Assembly (NCBI GenBank): GCA_032718475.1
Contig: JAUCBJ010005615.1
Location: 14,354-78,353, forward strand
Source: Nemertoderma westbladi
Lineage: Eukaryota > Animalia > Xenacoelomorpha
Length of the DNA stretch: 64,000 nt
Direction: 5' to 3'
Positions 25,549 through 39,829 of the stretch are shown in pieces (position 1 is the first letter of the stretch; every line of letters begins with the position of its first letter). A program made the translations under genes and the position numbers. A model generated the notes under the pieces. It had not been told where the DNA came from. It saw only the letters and a program-made list of their open reading frames with translations, and did not search any database.

Positions 25549-27119
25549 CTCAAAAAATTTAAAAGTACATGTAGCGATTTTGCTCCCATTGGCACTGCAA
25601 AGCAATTATTATATCCCCCCCCCCCCCCCCCCCACAGTGTTCTAATATAGTATATGGCGAAAAATTTGATTTCCAAGGCATTGATGTATGCAGGAAGATG
25701 TGCTCACATACTGTATTTTGTATTTAGAAAACTTTTGAGTGATTGTAATGGTAAGTGCTAAAATGCACAACGAGCAACAATGACCAGCAACGAGCAACAA
25801 CGAACAACAATGAGCAACAACGAGCACCAATGTGCAACAAGGAGCAATAACGAGCAACAATGAGCAATAACGAGCAACAATGAGCAGCAATGAGCAACCA
25901 AAATAGCAATAAATTTTGGTGGTAGGGGCCTAACCAAAACAATAAACGAAATTTAAGACATGTTACAACATTATGGGTCCGGTCACAAAAAGCTGAGGTA
26001 CAGTAATAAGGGTCCGATCAATAATACACAAGTAAAACATACAAAAATACACAATATAACGCTTCAATGCGGTATTTAGAATTATTATTAATTAATGGTA
26101 TAATAATAATTAATATGTATTAATTAATACAGTATAAAGGCCATAAAGTTTAAGATAAAGAAGCTGAAAATAATGTTAGTTTTTTTTCTTGTATTCTATG
26201 ATACATAAAGGATAATTACATTATTATAATTGCATTAAACATACTGTATAATATAGAACTTATGTCCATTAACTTTGTACGAATTATCTGCATTGCTATT
26301 CCCACAGCAGAAGTTTCCAATAATGCGATTTCGTCGTTAAGGCTGTGACGGTGACCCTCCTGTGTATCAATACCGTTTTCATTTTCACCGCAATCCCACA
26401 GCGCCAGTTTAGTTTGTACTGTAGCTTAGTTTGGAGTTTTGATGCGTGGTATGTGTAGACATCTATAGGTATCTGGATCGTTCGTCAATAGTCTCTGTGT
26501 CTCTCCTTTGTATATTTATTGCTAAATTCATCAATTATTCTAGAATCAACCTGCAATAAAAATAAAATGTTAGTTAGTTATTTTCATAATTGCAGGGCAG
26601 TGATGGCAAAATACAGCACGAGTACATGCAACTTTTAAAAGTTCATATCTCAGCAATTCCTCAAAGAAGTTCAGAGTTTGTTACTGTACATATTGTAATT
26701 TGTGGAAGATAGGTGCCATACAGTATAGTTTGGTGTAAGTTGGATGCTGCTGTGTTAAAGTTGGGTGTATTTGCAGAGTTGGGTGTAGATGGGTGGTATA
26801 GTTGGGTGTAGTTGGTGAAAGTTGGGTGTAGTTGGGTGAAAGTTGGGTGTAGTTGGCCAAGTTGGGTGAAAGTTGGGTGTAGTTGGGTGTAGTTGGGTGA
26901 TTAGGCTGACCCCCTTTTTTCACTATTTTGTCGGCGCAAATTTTTTCGGCTGGCGCAAAAAAAATTAAGGTTGGCGCACAGGTACTTTGAGCTGGCGCAG
27001 ATTTTTTTGACCCTTGGCGCACCTTCGGCGCACAAAACATAGAGATTCCAGTCTGGTGTACGTTGCATCTACATAATAAATGTAAATGCAACAATTGTCA
27101 ATATTAGAAAATATTTGAA

Positions 27120-28120
27120 AAGGGTCTTTTTTCTCGGTCCGAAGAATCTCTACAAAAAAATACAAAATAGTACAATATAGTACAAAAGAGTACAATAAAG
27201 TGCAAAAATAGCACAAAAGAGTGCAAAAATAGTACAAAAGAGTACAAACGAGTGAGAAAAGCATAGAAAACGTGTATACCAGTCTGCCAAGTGTAGTAGT
27301 ACCGGTATACACTACACTACACTTGTATACTCACTATACAAATATAATTAATTGTAAGTAAATGCAACGGCACCTAAATATGCGCTGCTACACACTACAG
27401 TGTCAATAACTAGCGGCCTTGGTTCTGTGGCCAAGTACTGAAGTATGAAATGATGGACAGAAATTTGATTCATGTAGATTTTGACTGGCATACAAGTAGA
27501 AATAGGCTACTCTTCGTATAATACAATATAATGCAATACATACTACCGGTCAGCCGGTATGCATTGGGTAGATAAAACTCCTTGAGACTCAAAATTTAGG
27601 TCATAGTCTTAAAGTAGCCCATATACTGAAGGATAGGCTGTATGCTACGTTATGTCAGTAGGCTATGTATGTACGCCTCTATCTGCAACTTTATTGAGTT
27701 CTCCCACTGCAATTTTGTGGGCTTGGGACCGTTTTTTGTGTTTTTTTGAATACAAAAAGCTGCATTAAAACTCATACAGTAGAGTAAGATTGTATTGTAA
27801 TACTCTCTGACTGCTAGACAGCTAGATCAACTCCCCCGCTCAATGCATGGCTCGCCCCAAAATCAGACAATGCTTTGTTTTATTTTGCACATCATGTGCG
27901 GGTGCGCCCCCCTCTACACGATTTGAACTACACTTGGCAGCTTGAATACACGTTTTGCAAGCGTTTCTCACTCGTTTGTACTCTTTTGTACTATTTTTGC
28001 ACTCTTTTGTACTATTTTTGCACTTTATTGTACTCTTTTGTATTATTTTGTAATATATATTGTACTATTTTGTACTTTTTTGTACAAATTCGTCCGACCC
28101 TTTTTTCTCAGTAATATTTT
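27120..28120. repeat. Pair of inverted DNA-transposon-end-like segments with GTACAAAA subrepeats around a spacer of about 630 bp
   Basis: 27120-27298 is the reverse complement of about 27928-28110; both end in ACTACACTTGGCAG. Nearby 10-bp repeat tracts at 25770-25895 and 26745-26900. Confidence 0.65.
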
Positions 28121-28509
28121 TAAAATTGAGATAATTAATCTAACTTTTTTTCACAAATTTCCAGAAGATTAGCTAAAAAGCGTCTTTTTTTAACGAATTT
28201 TTTTCTTTTTTTTAACGAATTTTTTACTTTTTTTAAACGAAATTTTACTTTTTTTAACTAATTTTTACTTTTTTTAACTAATTTTTACTTTTTTTAACTA
28301 ATTTTTTACTTTTTTTTAACTATTTTTTTTAGTTACCGGTAATGAACTAATTTATTAGGCCTACAATACTGCAATATGCAATATAACAGTATAATAATCA
28401 AATTTATACATACTTTCATATAATTGAGTAAGTTCCTGGTGCATAACAGCATAATGATTATATTACAATGTAGACCGAGGTCAGGTAGCTTACTGCTGTA
28501 CTGTACAGC

Positions 28510-29035
28510 CAGGGTTGGCAACCAATGGTTTTTCTCACCATTGGTTTTTTATGGTTTTTTGGTTTAACCAACTTTAAAAAAAAGGCGAAAAAATTGGTTT
28601 TTTATGGTTTTTTATGGTTTTTCATAAAATTTTACAATTAACACTGTAAATAATATAAAGCAAACTGGTAGTAGCGTTTCTTTTTCATTTTACACTGTCA
28701 GACTGTTAGAATGAAAAAATTTCGAACACTTTGAGTTTTGCTCGCGTTTCTTTTTCATTTTGCACTGTTACATTACATGTACTATGTACAGATGTAGAAT
28801 GAAAAAATTTCGATCACTTTGAGTTTTGCTCTCGTTTCTTTTTTTTTATTTTGCACTGTTAGAAGGAAAAAATTTCGCTCACTTATGAGTTTTGCTCGCG
28901 AGTCTTTATCTTATCATTTTGCACTGTTCAGCTGTTAGATTAGAATGAACAAATTTCTCTCACTTTGAGTTTTGCTCGCGTTTCTTTTTCATCTGTTCAT
29001 TTTGCAATGTTAATGAAAAGGTTTTGCTCGCTTTG
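28510..29035. repeat. hAT-like left end followed by about 4 tandem units of about 80 bp
   Basis: CAGGGTTGGCAACC terminus; repeated CACTGTTAGAATGAAAAAATTTCG..CACTTTGAGTTTTGCTCGCG. Confidence 0.55.
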
Positions 29036-29316
29036 CTGGCGTATGTTTCTCGTTTACATTGTTAAAATGTGGTGTGTGCGTTTTTTTCGGTGCATGCGCG
29101 GTATATTGTCCAATATTGCGTGGCTGAAAAATTGTGCGCAGGCGTTGTGCACGGTTCAGTGGTGGTTTGCAGCCTGGCGTGCAGTGGAGCAGTGGTGCAG
29201 TGCAGACGTCTGGACGTGGGTATGTATTTTTACGTTGTATGTTGTTAGTATTTTGTCACATGCTGCATGGGACATGGGCTGATGGGTTGGATGAGAGTAA
29301 GGCAGTAAGGACAGAA

Positions 29317-30542
29317 CAGCCGCTACCTTTTGTCAAATAAACAATGCAGGAGAGGTCCAGGATGAGTGACAGCCGGTGTCCGCCAGCCCCGGGATGCGCC
29401 AGCAGTGCAGTACCTATTAATCAGTTAACTCTTCTTGACGCCGCTTGGAAAACTAACCAGACCGTGATTTATTTTTGAACTGTTTTTCCACCAACCAGCC
29501 AACCTGGCTATAGAATGTTGTTGGTTGCTACAGTATATGGCACCAACATAGTATATATAGTATACAGGCAGTCGGGGAGAAGTTCTATTTTCAACTGAGT
29601 TGAAATTTCAACTTTATTTTTTAAAATTCAACTTTTTATTAAAATTCAACTTTTGGAGTAGAGTTTAAAATTCCACTTTTTTTTAAAATTCAACTTTTTG
29701 AGTAGCTTTGGAAATACTGAAATATGGAATTGGAATCCATTACTGGTATTCCATTGTATAATAATTATGACATTTAGCGTTAATTAAATACATCTAATAA
29801 ATTCCCGTAGTATTTCAGCTAATTTGCAAATGTAATCACTTAAAATGTTTTTAAAAAAAGTGTTCCCGACGGTGAAAGTTTTTATTCCATCGGTAATGAG
29901 GGTTAATTTTTCGAGTTACATCCATAAAAACATTAAAAACACCCCTTCTGTCACGTCTTGGGGGCCTTCTGTCCCTCCTGCCATTTTAGAGTTGAATTTA
30001 CAACTTAAAAGTTGAATTTTAAAAAAAAAGTTTTAAATTTCAACTCAGTTGAAATTTGAACTTCTCCCCGACTGACAGGTATAGACTGATAAGAAGCAGC
30101 AATGAGAATGCTAAGGGAATAAACAATCGCACAGATACTGAAAACCGTCATGTCACCATGTCAGTCTGTCCTTCTTTGTGCTGTTGTGAGTTTATTAACA
30201 TATAATATACCTTTACTTTCGCTGTTTCGGGGCCATTATATAGTTAACCATATGCAGCCAAGTGCCTACAAGTCCAACCTAGTGTCAGTCTGTCAGTTAT
30301 TGAAACCACGTGTCTGCGAGTGCAACCGGCTGACCGGATGCCAGTAATTAATCTAAGTCCAACCGGGCGGCCAAAGTGTCAGTTAGTACAATAAAACAAG
30401 TGCTGTCGCTGTGCTGTGGGCTGTGGCATGTCAGCATGTGGCGCATCCCGGGGCTGAAGGACATCATCTGTCACTCACCCTGGCAGCCTGGACCTACAAC
30501 TGTCTGCCTGTACAATGTTTATTTGCCATTAGGTAGCGGCAG
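29317..30542. mobile_element. Older TIR element hosting the 29569-30074 MITE
   Basis: Imperfect inverted ends of about 85 bp: GCCGCTACCT...AGCCCCGGGATGCGCCA versus TGGCGCATCCCGGGGCT...AGGTAGCGGC. Confidence 0.6.
29569..30074. mobile_element. MITE with 5-bp TSD (superfamily unassigned)
   Basis: TIR CAGTCGGGGAGAAGTTC...GAACTTCTCCCCGACTG with AT-rich subterminal inverted repeats; TSD ACAGG. Confidence 0.8.
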
Positions 30543-30683
30543 CCGCACTCTTTAAATCATATCGCTTTTAAGTAGGCCTACAGAAGTAGGCCTACCTGAC
30601 TTCAGTCTGCATGAGTGCTGTGCACTTCTTACTGCAGTACTGCTACTGGTCCCCAATGCCTAATCATTAAAATCACATACCGG

Positions 30684-31568
30684 TGTAACAGCGGATTCAG
30701 TCCCCCGAAGAATCGGTCCCCCCCGGACCGGATCTGCTAGCGGATTTAGTCCCCCGGACCCAATCCGCTAGCAGATTTGGTCTCCCTAGGACCAAATCTG
30801 CTAGCGGATTGGGTCCTCGTTCGCGGATTTGGTCCCCCCAATGTTATTGCAATAAATTCAAAATACACTGCCAGACTGCTCCGTTCCCTTCCTTATTGTC
30901 AATGGTTACAGTACTGGCAGACCGGTTATTCAGTATGTATCGTTTATTGTTCTGGTTTGAAAACATTGTCTGTGTAACCTGCTCCTCCCCAATTTCGTAG
31001 TACGATAAATTTATTGTAATGAGGTTATATTGTTTTAGCCTTTTTATTATTAGAAAATATATCCTCCCCACCTGCAAACTAATAATATGAATGAATATGA
31101 ATAACTGTTACTCAGTTGGGTTTAGGTGTAACAGTTGAACTGAATATACCACCCCCCCCCCCCCCCCACCCCGAAAATACTATCAGTACATATATTAGGC
31201 CTAGGTAATGAGGCCTGACAACTCGAACTACAGTATGTTTATTACTGTAATAGGGACAGTACAGTATCTTCCTCCTCATCATGTAATCATCCCTCATCCA
31301 TAATGAATCTATAATGTTGAATTTTAATCAGTCTGCAGGTCTGACCGATAATTTAATGCATAAGCTACGCCTACGTTGCTATGTCCGTACCAGTACTGCT
31401 GCACTCAGCACTGTCTGACTGTACTGTAAAATTATAATTTAAGGGGGGGACTCAATCTGCGGAGGGGGGACAGAATCCGCTAGCGGATTCGGTCCCCCCG
31501 GACTCAATCCGCTAGCGGATTCGGTCCCCCCGGACCATATCCGCGGGGGGACAGAATCCGCTGTTACA
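30684..31568. mobile_element. Non-autonomous Ginger1-like DNA transposon
   Basis: TGTAACAGCGGATTC...GAATCCGCTGTTACA termini; TIRs made of about 30-bp subrepeats; flanked on both sides by CCGG, the target typical of Ginger1. Confidence 0.75.
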
Positions 31569-31745
31569 CCGGTACGGATTATTCTCCATACTGCCATAGG
31601 AATCCATTACATACGCACATACGCGTATGCGTATGTGCATACGGATACGGATACGGCGAAAAGTTATACCAAAGTACAGCATGTATGTAGTATGTATATG
31701 TATTCCAAAATTGTAACATTACGAAATGTTTGAATATATATTATA

Positions 31746-33538
31746 TGTTGCGATATATGGCGTTGTGTACAGAACAACCCGTTATACAGTATAAAATAAG
31801 TTAGATAAGTGCGTATTGATATGCAACCGTAATAATTAGATAGGGTAAATAAAAAATACACAAGTTCATTTTATATTCAGTCGATTTTATACAGTATGTA
31901 GCCCTATTTACGTCATTTTATAATAAAACCCTGATATATTCATTTGCGGTGGCAAAATTATTTAAAACAAAAATGAATTTTGCCGTTTTCCAATATCTAT
32001 CGAATCTAATACATTTATGCTAATTTTATTTACATATCCCTATAAATCGATGTTTGTGCTAAAATAACGCCTAAATTGTGCTTTTAATAATCGCCAAATT
32101 AAGTTGAGGCGATTACGTGCATTAATGATCCCAAATTGAGTTCTGCCCACTGGTTGGTCGAAAATCCAGCTGAGACAACCCTGGATGTCGCCTGATTATG
32201 TGAGCAAATTTGGACTTTGCGTCATTCCTACAGTTTAGCAGTAGCCATCTTTATTCTTCGTTTTTTGCACTTCCGTTGGTTGTAAATGTTGCTGCTTTCT
32301 TCATACATTTGTGACTTTTGAATATGATTACTGCTTAGTCTGACTGTTGATTATATATTTCTGATTGCAAATATAATTGTCGCAATGTAGTGAACCAAAA
32401 TCAACGTTTGTTTCCTTCGACTGTCTGACTGTCTGATTGGTTTTTACTATGTTTGCGCCGTCACGGTAACTGCCCTCTTTAACATGTTGGGCTAGGGGTA
32501 GGCGCCGCGGGCTCACTGTTTGGAAGCGACGGGAGAAGTTGGAGGATCCAATGCACGGCACTACCGGCGGGGCTGGTGGCTGCGGTTGGCTGAATTAAGT
32601 TTAGGACCGAGGGCCGGTCGCCATTAAGGCTGTAAGGGGCAAGGCGACCTAGATCTTGTCTCTCAGATTTGCTATTAGGCTAGCTAGGTTTAGGTAGAAA
32701 GATCACATTGATCTGGGGTGACCTTAGCCGTTTACGCTAATGCTAATGCTACGTTTATGCTAATGCTACTTTATGCTAATGCTACACTAATGCTAACGCT
32801 ACGCTAATGCTAACGCTATTTATGTGTAATGTTTTAGATAGGTGCTATATAATATACCGTACCTTGATTGTTTCTGTTTTCTATTTATGCTTGTTAAATT
32901 ACTGTTAGCTCCAATAATACGGTATTTAGGCTGTCTTTAGTGTAGCCCAGTAACGTAACTAATTAGCGTTACAAATTCTGGAATACCTAATAATTAGTTC
33001 GCAACCCCGTACATTTGAGTAAATGTAGTTTATGTATGATAGTATTTAGAATAAAATAAGGACTTACGCTGCATAGCGGAGAATAGTTTTAGTTATTTAC
33101 ACTTTGGAAATACAGAAATATCTTTGGACAAATTTACACTAGGTGGTTATCTAAAAAATAGTGGGTTTGCAAGTCTATACAGTAGTTGCAAGCGTAGCGA
33201 GCAGTAATATAGCTGATTACAGTCAGAGCTAAGGGTACCAGGGTTTAGGTAAATAATTTCCCCCCTTTTGCATTATTAAATATTCTCACATTCAACATTT
33301 GTCCGCCTGACGAACTGCTTTATTTCTCTGTGAAGGGTGAACAATTGGAGTGTTAAGTCACCAACACTCGTATTAAGTAGCTTGGGAAGCCAAATCAGAT
33401 TTATTGTTTTGGTTGTTTCTGTTTTGGCTTGTGTTTAGGGCAATTAGCTTGGTATGTTATAGTTTGATTAACCTCATTGTTTCATTCGAAAATACGAACA
33501 TATCAAAAGGAAGAATCCCCTTTGAGATTTCTTTAACA
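31746..33538 (+). repeat. 5' LTR (1793 bp)
   Basis: TGTTGCGATATATGG...GAGATTTCTTTAACA; near-identical to 41639-43425. Confidence 0.95.
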
Positions 33539-33762
33539 GTAAACGGCTTTTATTTTTTTTGTTCACTATTCATAGAGAATACAGTAATTCGTTAGGCTCT
33601 TAGGGTAAATTGTAAAATTAGTAAATTCAAAATTAGTAGCTAGGTTTGTGAGAATTCAGTTTCGGCCAAAATTATTTATATAATAAAATTTAGGGTTTTA
33701 GTACTGGTATGTTGGATAACCGCTTAATTATTTTATACCATCTGGAGATACATGGCGAGATG

Positions 33763-34672
33763 CCAGGTTGGAATTCATGCTGCAAAACTCGGACGCGTAC
33801 CTGCGCGAATGACCGCAAACCAGATGCGCGTTGCGCGTTTGGGTGAGACAGGTGCGCGTTCGGGTGTGAGACAGGTGCGCGTTGCGCCTCAGCGCGCAGC
33901 TCTGCCTCTGATGCGCACCACAAATTAATTGAAATCACGAAAATACACAAAAAAATTTCGCTCGCTGCGCTCGCATTAGTTTCTCATTTACAATTCTTCA
34001 AACAGTCAAATCACTTCACCATAATCTGATAATACTGTAATACCGGCAACTGGAGCTGAATTTGTCTATTTATTTTAACTACAGTGCTCTATTGTTGTAT
34101 TGTTATTAGGTCTATGCTATGCCGATGTTACGTTAGTAAACAGGTAAAGTCAGAAAGTAACAATGTATTATAAGTATGACTTAATTATAAGCCAACTGTA
34201 TGTTTAAGCCTAATTGTTAGGTAGGCCTATACAAAGTATTATTGGCAGACTGGTACCTATTTCAATATTCGTTTTTTTGAAATTACCGGTACATGTTTTG
34301 TTTGTAATCTAAAATAATATTTTCTGTTATAAAAGCAGTGAGCCCGATGGGCCACCATAGTAGTGGATTAAAAAAATATTTTTTAATATTAACAATTTTG
34401 ATGTTGCAAAAATTACATTTATTATGTAAGCCTAGATTCAACGTACAGACAGACAGACGTAAAGATAAGCTTAAAACGCTCAAACTTGTAAAATAGGAAT
34501 GTAAAATTGTTCTTATGAACTGTGCGATTTTTTGAGATATGCATGACATGAGCTGCGCGATTTTGTTTGGATTATGACATATGATGAGGTGCGCGACGAG
34601 CCAATTTCAGGTGCGCGGTGATTTCAAAACAACAAAGCGTACCTGCGCGCTCATGCATGAATTCCAACCTGG
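33763..34672. mobile_element. hAT-like MITE (910 bp) nested in the BEL internal region
   Basis: TIR CCAGGTTGGAATTCATGC...GCATGAATTCCAACCTGG; 8-bp TSD GCGAGATG (33755-33762 / 34673-34680). Confidence 0.88.
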
Positions 34673-35313
34673 GCGAGATGGAACTTCTGATGCTGGGGTT
34701 TGTGTGGGTCTACGGGTTTGGTTCGCAATCAGCAACGAGTCTGAAGCCTAGAACGCGGACGTGGAATCTCACAGCGAACAGGGTTAGTTGTTCTGTTGGT
34801 AACAGTGTGTTTGTGGAAGCAGTAAAAAATTACCGGTTGTTTGACTGCGAAACTGAACTCAGTTTATTAGTTAGGTTAGTTAGGTTTAGCCGGCCATGGT
34901 GTTTTGGATCGCTCAGTTGGAGATAGTGTCGCAACCTGAAGGTGTAGCCACGCGCTAGTGGATACATATAATATTTAAAAATAAAATTACGTTGATTTTG
35001 AGCTATATATAAAATTAGAAATATTTTGGGTGACAAATTTATTTTTTTGAATTTTTGAATTAGATTCAAATTATTTTCGTGTCATACCGGTATTTAAATG
35101 CTGTATAATAGCTATAGAGCTACATTTTGTTTAAATATTATAGTGGTATTTACCATAATTATATACAATTAAATTCATAATATTTGATATTTTGAGACCA
35201 AATAAATTATTTTGACAAATAATTTAATCGAAATTTCGATTAAATTAATATATATCTCGAAATTTTGCGAGATTTTAGCCGAAAGGCAAATAACTATATA
35301 TATACTTTAAACA

Positions 35314-38300
35314 ATGAGTGTCTCAGAGAAGGAGGCACTAGAGGACAGCTATGAGACAGCGGCTGGACTGCCGACTGACGATAGTGTCAATATAACTGTT
35401 GACGACAATGCTGACTATGACGACGCAGCGAGTGATGCTGATTTAAGTGAACAGGAGGACGAGATAGAAACCAGTGAAGAAGACCAAGGTGAGGTAATAT
35501 TATTAGGGTCCCCTACTACTACTGTAAGGAAGGATGGCACACCAGCCCAACCCAAGGTGAGTGATAAGAAGGGCAGTTTAGCTGGGCCGAGAGCTCAAAG
35601 CCCGGTTTCCAGACCCCCGTGGGTATGGTCAGTGCCGTGGTCCCAGTGGCAGTGAGGAGCACCCGGAGTTCCCGTAATAATCCCTCAAGTCCACCGAGTG
35701 TGAGTCAGGTAAGCGAAAGAGAACTGGACATCGCGATAAAAAAGAAACTTCGCGCGCATGCCGGACATATAACCCGGACGACGGACAAGGTAAGGAAGAT
35801 GTTAGCCGACTCTGGTAACATCGGAAGGGAAGGGTTAGTAGAGATTAGAAAGGGATACAACTCAGCGTTATTCAAGCAGACGGAGGAGCTTGCAGTCCTA
35901 GCGAAGAGAGCAGTGGAGTCCCAACCGAGCGAAGTGGCGACGAGGGTTTACGACAGGGCTTTGGCAGCCTTGTTAGAGCACCGCGCGTTATCGGAGCAAT
36001 TCCAACGAGTTAGGACAGATAACTGGTTGCTATGGGCATCACAAGCGCAGGCAACTCAGGTAAGTGACGCAGAGTCGAGGAACTTAGTGGAGCAGGAAGA
36101 GATCCAAGACAAGGAAGAGAGAAGGTATCAGAGGGAAGTTACCAGCTGGCTGATGCAGAGTGGAGTGGTGGTACCGGGCCAGGTGCTACCGACGACGGAG
36201 AACATCCAACAGAGGACGTTAACTCCACCCGACGACGCATCTAGAGACAGCGGCGATTCTCAGGTTAGTCACGCGCGAGGGAAGGTTATATGCGCTAGAT
36301 CCCTTGTTTCTCACAACTCAGCGGAGGAGAGAAGACGCCGACTAGACAAACAACAGGCAGAGGTCTTGCGTGCATCGGAAGCACGGAAGGAAGCCGAGCG
36401 AGAACGGGAGTGCACCCGGAAGTTAGACGCGAAGCTGCGAGAGTTGGAAGACATAAGTAAGCGTGAGCAAGCCGAGCGCGAACAGGAAGAACGCGAACTC
36501 CAACTCGAGCGCGAACGTGAAAAGAAGGAACTCCAGCTCGAACGCGAATGGGAAGCCAAGGAACGCGAACAAAGGAGACGCGAACTTCAACTCGAACGCG
36601 AGTGCAAGGAGCGCGAACTCGAGCGCGAGAGGGAACGACGCGCATTGTACGAAGAGAAAGCGCGACTGGAAGAAGAGAGCGCAGCGAGACTCGCAAGGGA
36701 AGAAGAACAACGCAAACTGGCGCAATTGGAAAGTGCGAGACTAAACTTAGAAAGCGAAGAACGAACAAGGAAGGCGAATGAAATTGCCGAAAGGGGGATG
36801 CGAATGATTGAAGAATGTGGAGCGAGTGTAGGTACCGAGTTGCGAGACCTGTTCGCACAGCAGAAGGCCGAACAGGAGGCGAGAACTCCGGTTATACGTG
36901 AGTCAACGGCGACCAGAATTCCTATACCCGGTCCAACTATTACAAGTACTCGGATTGCTAAACCATTTTCTACATATCGCACGCCAGTTGGTATTAGTGC
37001 TTCACCCATCGCGCAGGATCCGCGCCATCAGGACGGCGCACTGCGGCATAGTTATTATCGGGAGAAGGAGGAGTTTAGAGAAGAAACTCCGAGAGGCCGA
37101 GTATTGGGCGAACCGAACCCGCGGGTTTGGAATACACGGATGGATCGCCGACCCAGTTCGACGGAGAACTTCCAGGTTAAACCGGAAGAGGGATCATATG
37201 AGAGACAGCGGATTACTCAGATAGAGCCGACGATTCAGCAGAAACCTAGCCAGGAATTTATTACGAGGGAGGAGTTAAGTGCCAGTTTAGCGCAAGAAAT
37301 ATCGCCGCACATCCAACCTATAATGGACATGCTTAGTAACCTACAGTTAAAGGAAGCGGCCCAGGTAAGAAGTATTCCTAATCCTAGCAGGCCTGAACTA
37401 GATAAAGTCCAACCTAGTCAACGAGTACGCATATCGGAGGCAACTATACCATAGAGACCTCAGGTAAGAACGCCCGTTCCTATGATCCATAATCCCAACT
37501 TCGAAAATTCGGCGGAAAGATTTATACAAGAGGCTTGGGTCAGGGCTTCGGCACGTAAACCAACACGAGCGCTGACGACTGACACAGACTCGAGCGATGA
37601 AGAGCAAGAATTGAGACGTCAGAAGTCCTAAAACCGGAAGGAAAGAAGGACCGACACGGGGTAAGTATGAATCCCCGGGAAAGGCCCAGACTCGACAACC
37701 CTGCAGAGTTGACCAACTTATTAATCCGGAATGACGCCACCCTTCGGGATATTGGTAAGTTTGCTGCAAGGCAGGGATTGCCAGCGCAACAACCTCAGAG
37801 GTTTATGGGCAACCATAAACACTGGAGGACATTTAAGACTTATGTCAATGAGCAGTTAACTAACAGTACCTTTACCCCCAATGAAAAATTCAATTACTTA
37901 TTGCAAATGCTCCATCGAGAGCCAAGGACCATTGCCGACAATTTCGTCGGGAATGAAAATGCATTTGAACTAACAATGAAGACCCTTAGCGACGTCTATG
38001 GGAATAAAACCAAAATGGCACAATCAATAGTAGAGGATTTGGGCAAGGTTGGAAAAATTACAACACCGTTGGAACAGTTAAACTTGGCCAACGCCATTAC
38101 AAATGCCCTAGATATTTTAAAAACAGTGAATCTACCACACTATGGTGATCACGCTGAGGTTTTAAAGAGTATAATAAGACGCCTGAACTTTCGTTATCGG
38201 CAAAAATGGCGGAAATTAGAGAACAAATTGGAGGGTCAAGATAAAGTGTTAACACTCAGACATATTCACGATATGATAGCAACCGACGCTATCACAGAGA

Positions 38301-39130
38301 TGAAGTCAAACTTCTCAGAGGAGAATATGAGAGAAACAAAACCTGCTTTGGGAAGGACTATGGTAAGTGTCAATGAAGACAGACAGTCTGTGACATTTAA
38401 CACAGTAGACAAATATAACCAGAGTAACCATTCCCCCGCCTTGAGATCAGACTCGCGAGTCTGGTCAGGTGAGAGGTCAGACAGACCTAGTATAAAGCAA
38501 CAGGATTTGCCAGTTGGATTTGTGGGATGCCAGTTCTGCTTCTTAAAGGAAGTAAGGTCAGACGACCACAAGTTGGAAAATTGTAGGCGCTTCAAAGAAC
38601 TGAGCTCAGAACAGAGATGGATTCAAGTGCGGACGTTAGATACCTGTTGGGCATGTCTTGCTCCAGGTCATGTAAGACGCCAGTGCCCGAACAGTGGAAA
38701 CGGATGTGTAGAGTGTGGCAGATTACATCATAAACTGCTACACGCCGATTTCCATACTCCTACAAATCGTTATCTACAGGAAAACTCGGATAAAGTGAGA
38801 GGTAAGATAATAGCTACATCTCTATACTCACGCGAGTCCATAGGCCCTCCAGACATAGATGTCTCAAGAAGAGATTGTAAAGACCATGATGAAAACGCTA
38901 GTGACTCGGAGGAGGAGTTATGTTCAGATAACGACCAGTTAGAACACAGTTATTACACTGAAACAGATAGTGATTATACCCCTGAGGATGATATCGAAGA
39001 GCGCCATTTCGGTGCTAAAAGTGGGTGTAACAGACACAGAACGTTCCTAAGTGACGTCATTACATATACCTACATAACAGAGGGTCAGAACTTAGATACG
39101 TCTCAAGTTAGGTGTTGTGGTGCGGCCTAG
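35314..39130 (+). pseudogene. gag: BEL/Pao gag (coiled-coil N-terminus, DUF1759-type capsid region, triple zinc knuckle), disrupted
   Basis: Three ORF pieces in three frames (35314-35655, 35619-37454, 37667-39130), plus an in-frame TAG at 37452. Motifs FMGNHKHWRTF...EKFNYLLQML...YG and CQFC-H-C / CWACLAPGHVRRQC / CVECGRLHHKLLH are typical of BEL gag. Confidence 0.88.
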
Positions 39131-39298
39131 AGACTCATTGGAGCGGCCTAGAGACTTATTGGAGCGGCCTAGAGACTCATCGGAGCGGCCTAAGGACTCA
39201 GTGGAGCGGCCTAGAGACTCATTGGAGCGGCCTAGAGACTCATTGGAGCGGCCTAGAGACTCATTGGAGCGGCCTAGAGACTCATTGGAACGGCCTAT
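39118..39298. repeat. 21-bp tandem repeat x8-9 at the end of gag
   Basis: GGAGCGGCCTAGAGACTCATT units. Confidence 0.92.
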
Positions 39299-39829
39299 AG
39301 ACTTCTTGGATCAAGAGACATACGTGACCACAAGATCTGGAAGGGTTAGCTATGACATAAAGCCACCCCTACAGATTGCGCAAGGAGCTCCAGGGTCCCA
39401 GTTAGTAAGTAACCGACAAGAAACGACCACACCAGTGGAGCCTTCGGTTTACAAATCTGCGGATTTGGATTCGAAGATTCCGTCAGTGGGATTGCAATTG
39501 TCACCAACACGCATTGAGACAGGAGACTATAACTTGTCTTCTGCCTCAAAACAAAATTAATGCCAGAAACGCAGATTCACTTCATATGCATTCCTCATAT
39601 GCAAATACTTGGAAATGCATAGGAGCGGGTTTGTGGAGAATTGCGTTTGAAAATATGTTGGTGGGTATCAAATAAATTTTTTTTTTTTGCATTTGAAAGT
39701 TTGAAAGTTAAAAAAAAATTATAATTACAGTTGAACCCAAGACAAATTCAAACGTAGAATAAACATGTGAACATGTTTATAAGAGTATAGTAATTCTGAA
39801 AGTCGTGACAAGTTTGAAGACATAGTATC

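Noticed and set aside
25048-25650. 200-aa ORF
   Set aside because: It spans MITE subrepeats and the TIR junction; the intact sister copy does not preserve it.
26250-26550. Exon-like segment after a strong minus-strand acceptor
   Set aside because: The frames I read contain stops and no family was recognisable; possibly a transposase relic, but unsupported.
32328-32561. Duplicated 77-aa ORF (also 42222-42455)
   Set aside because: It lies within the LTRs, has a non-ATG start and no recognisable domain; the duplication is just the LTR pair.
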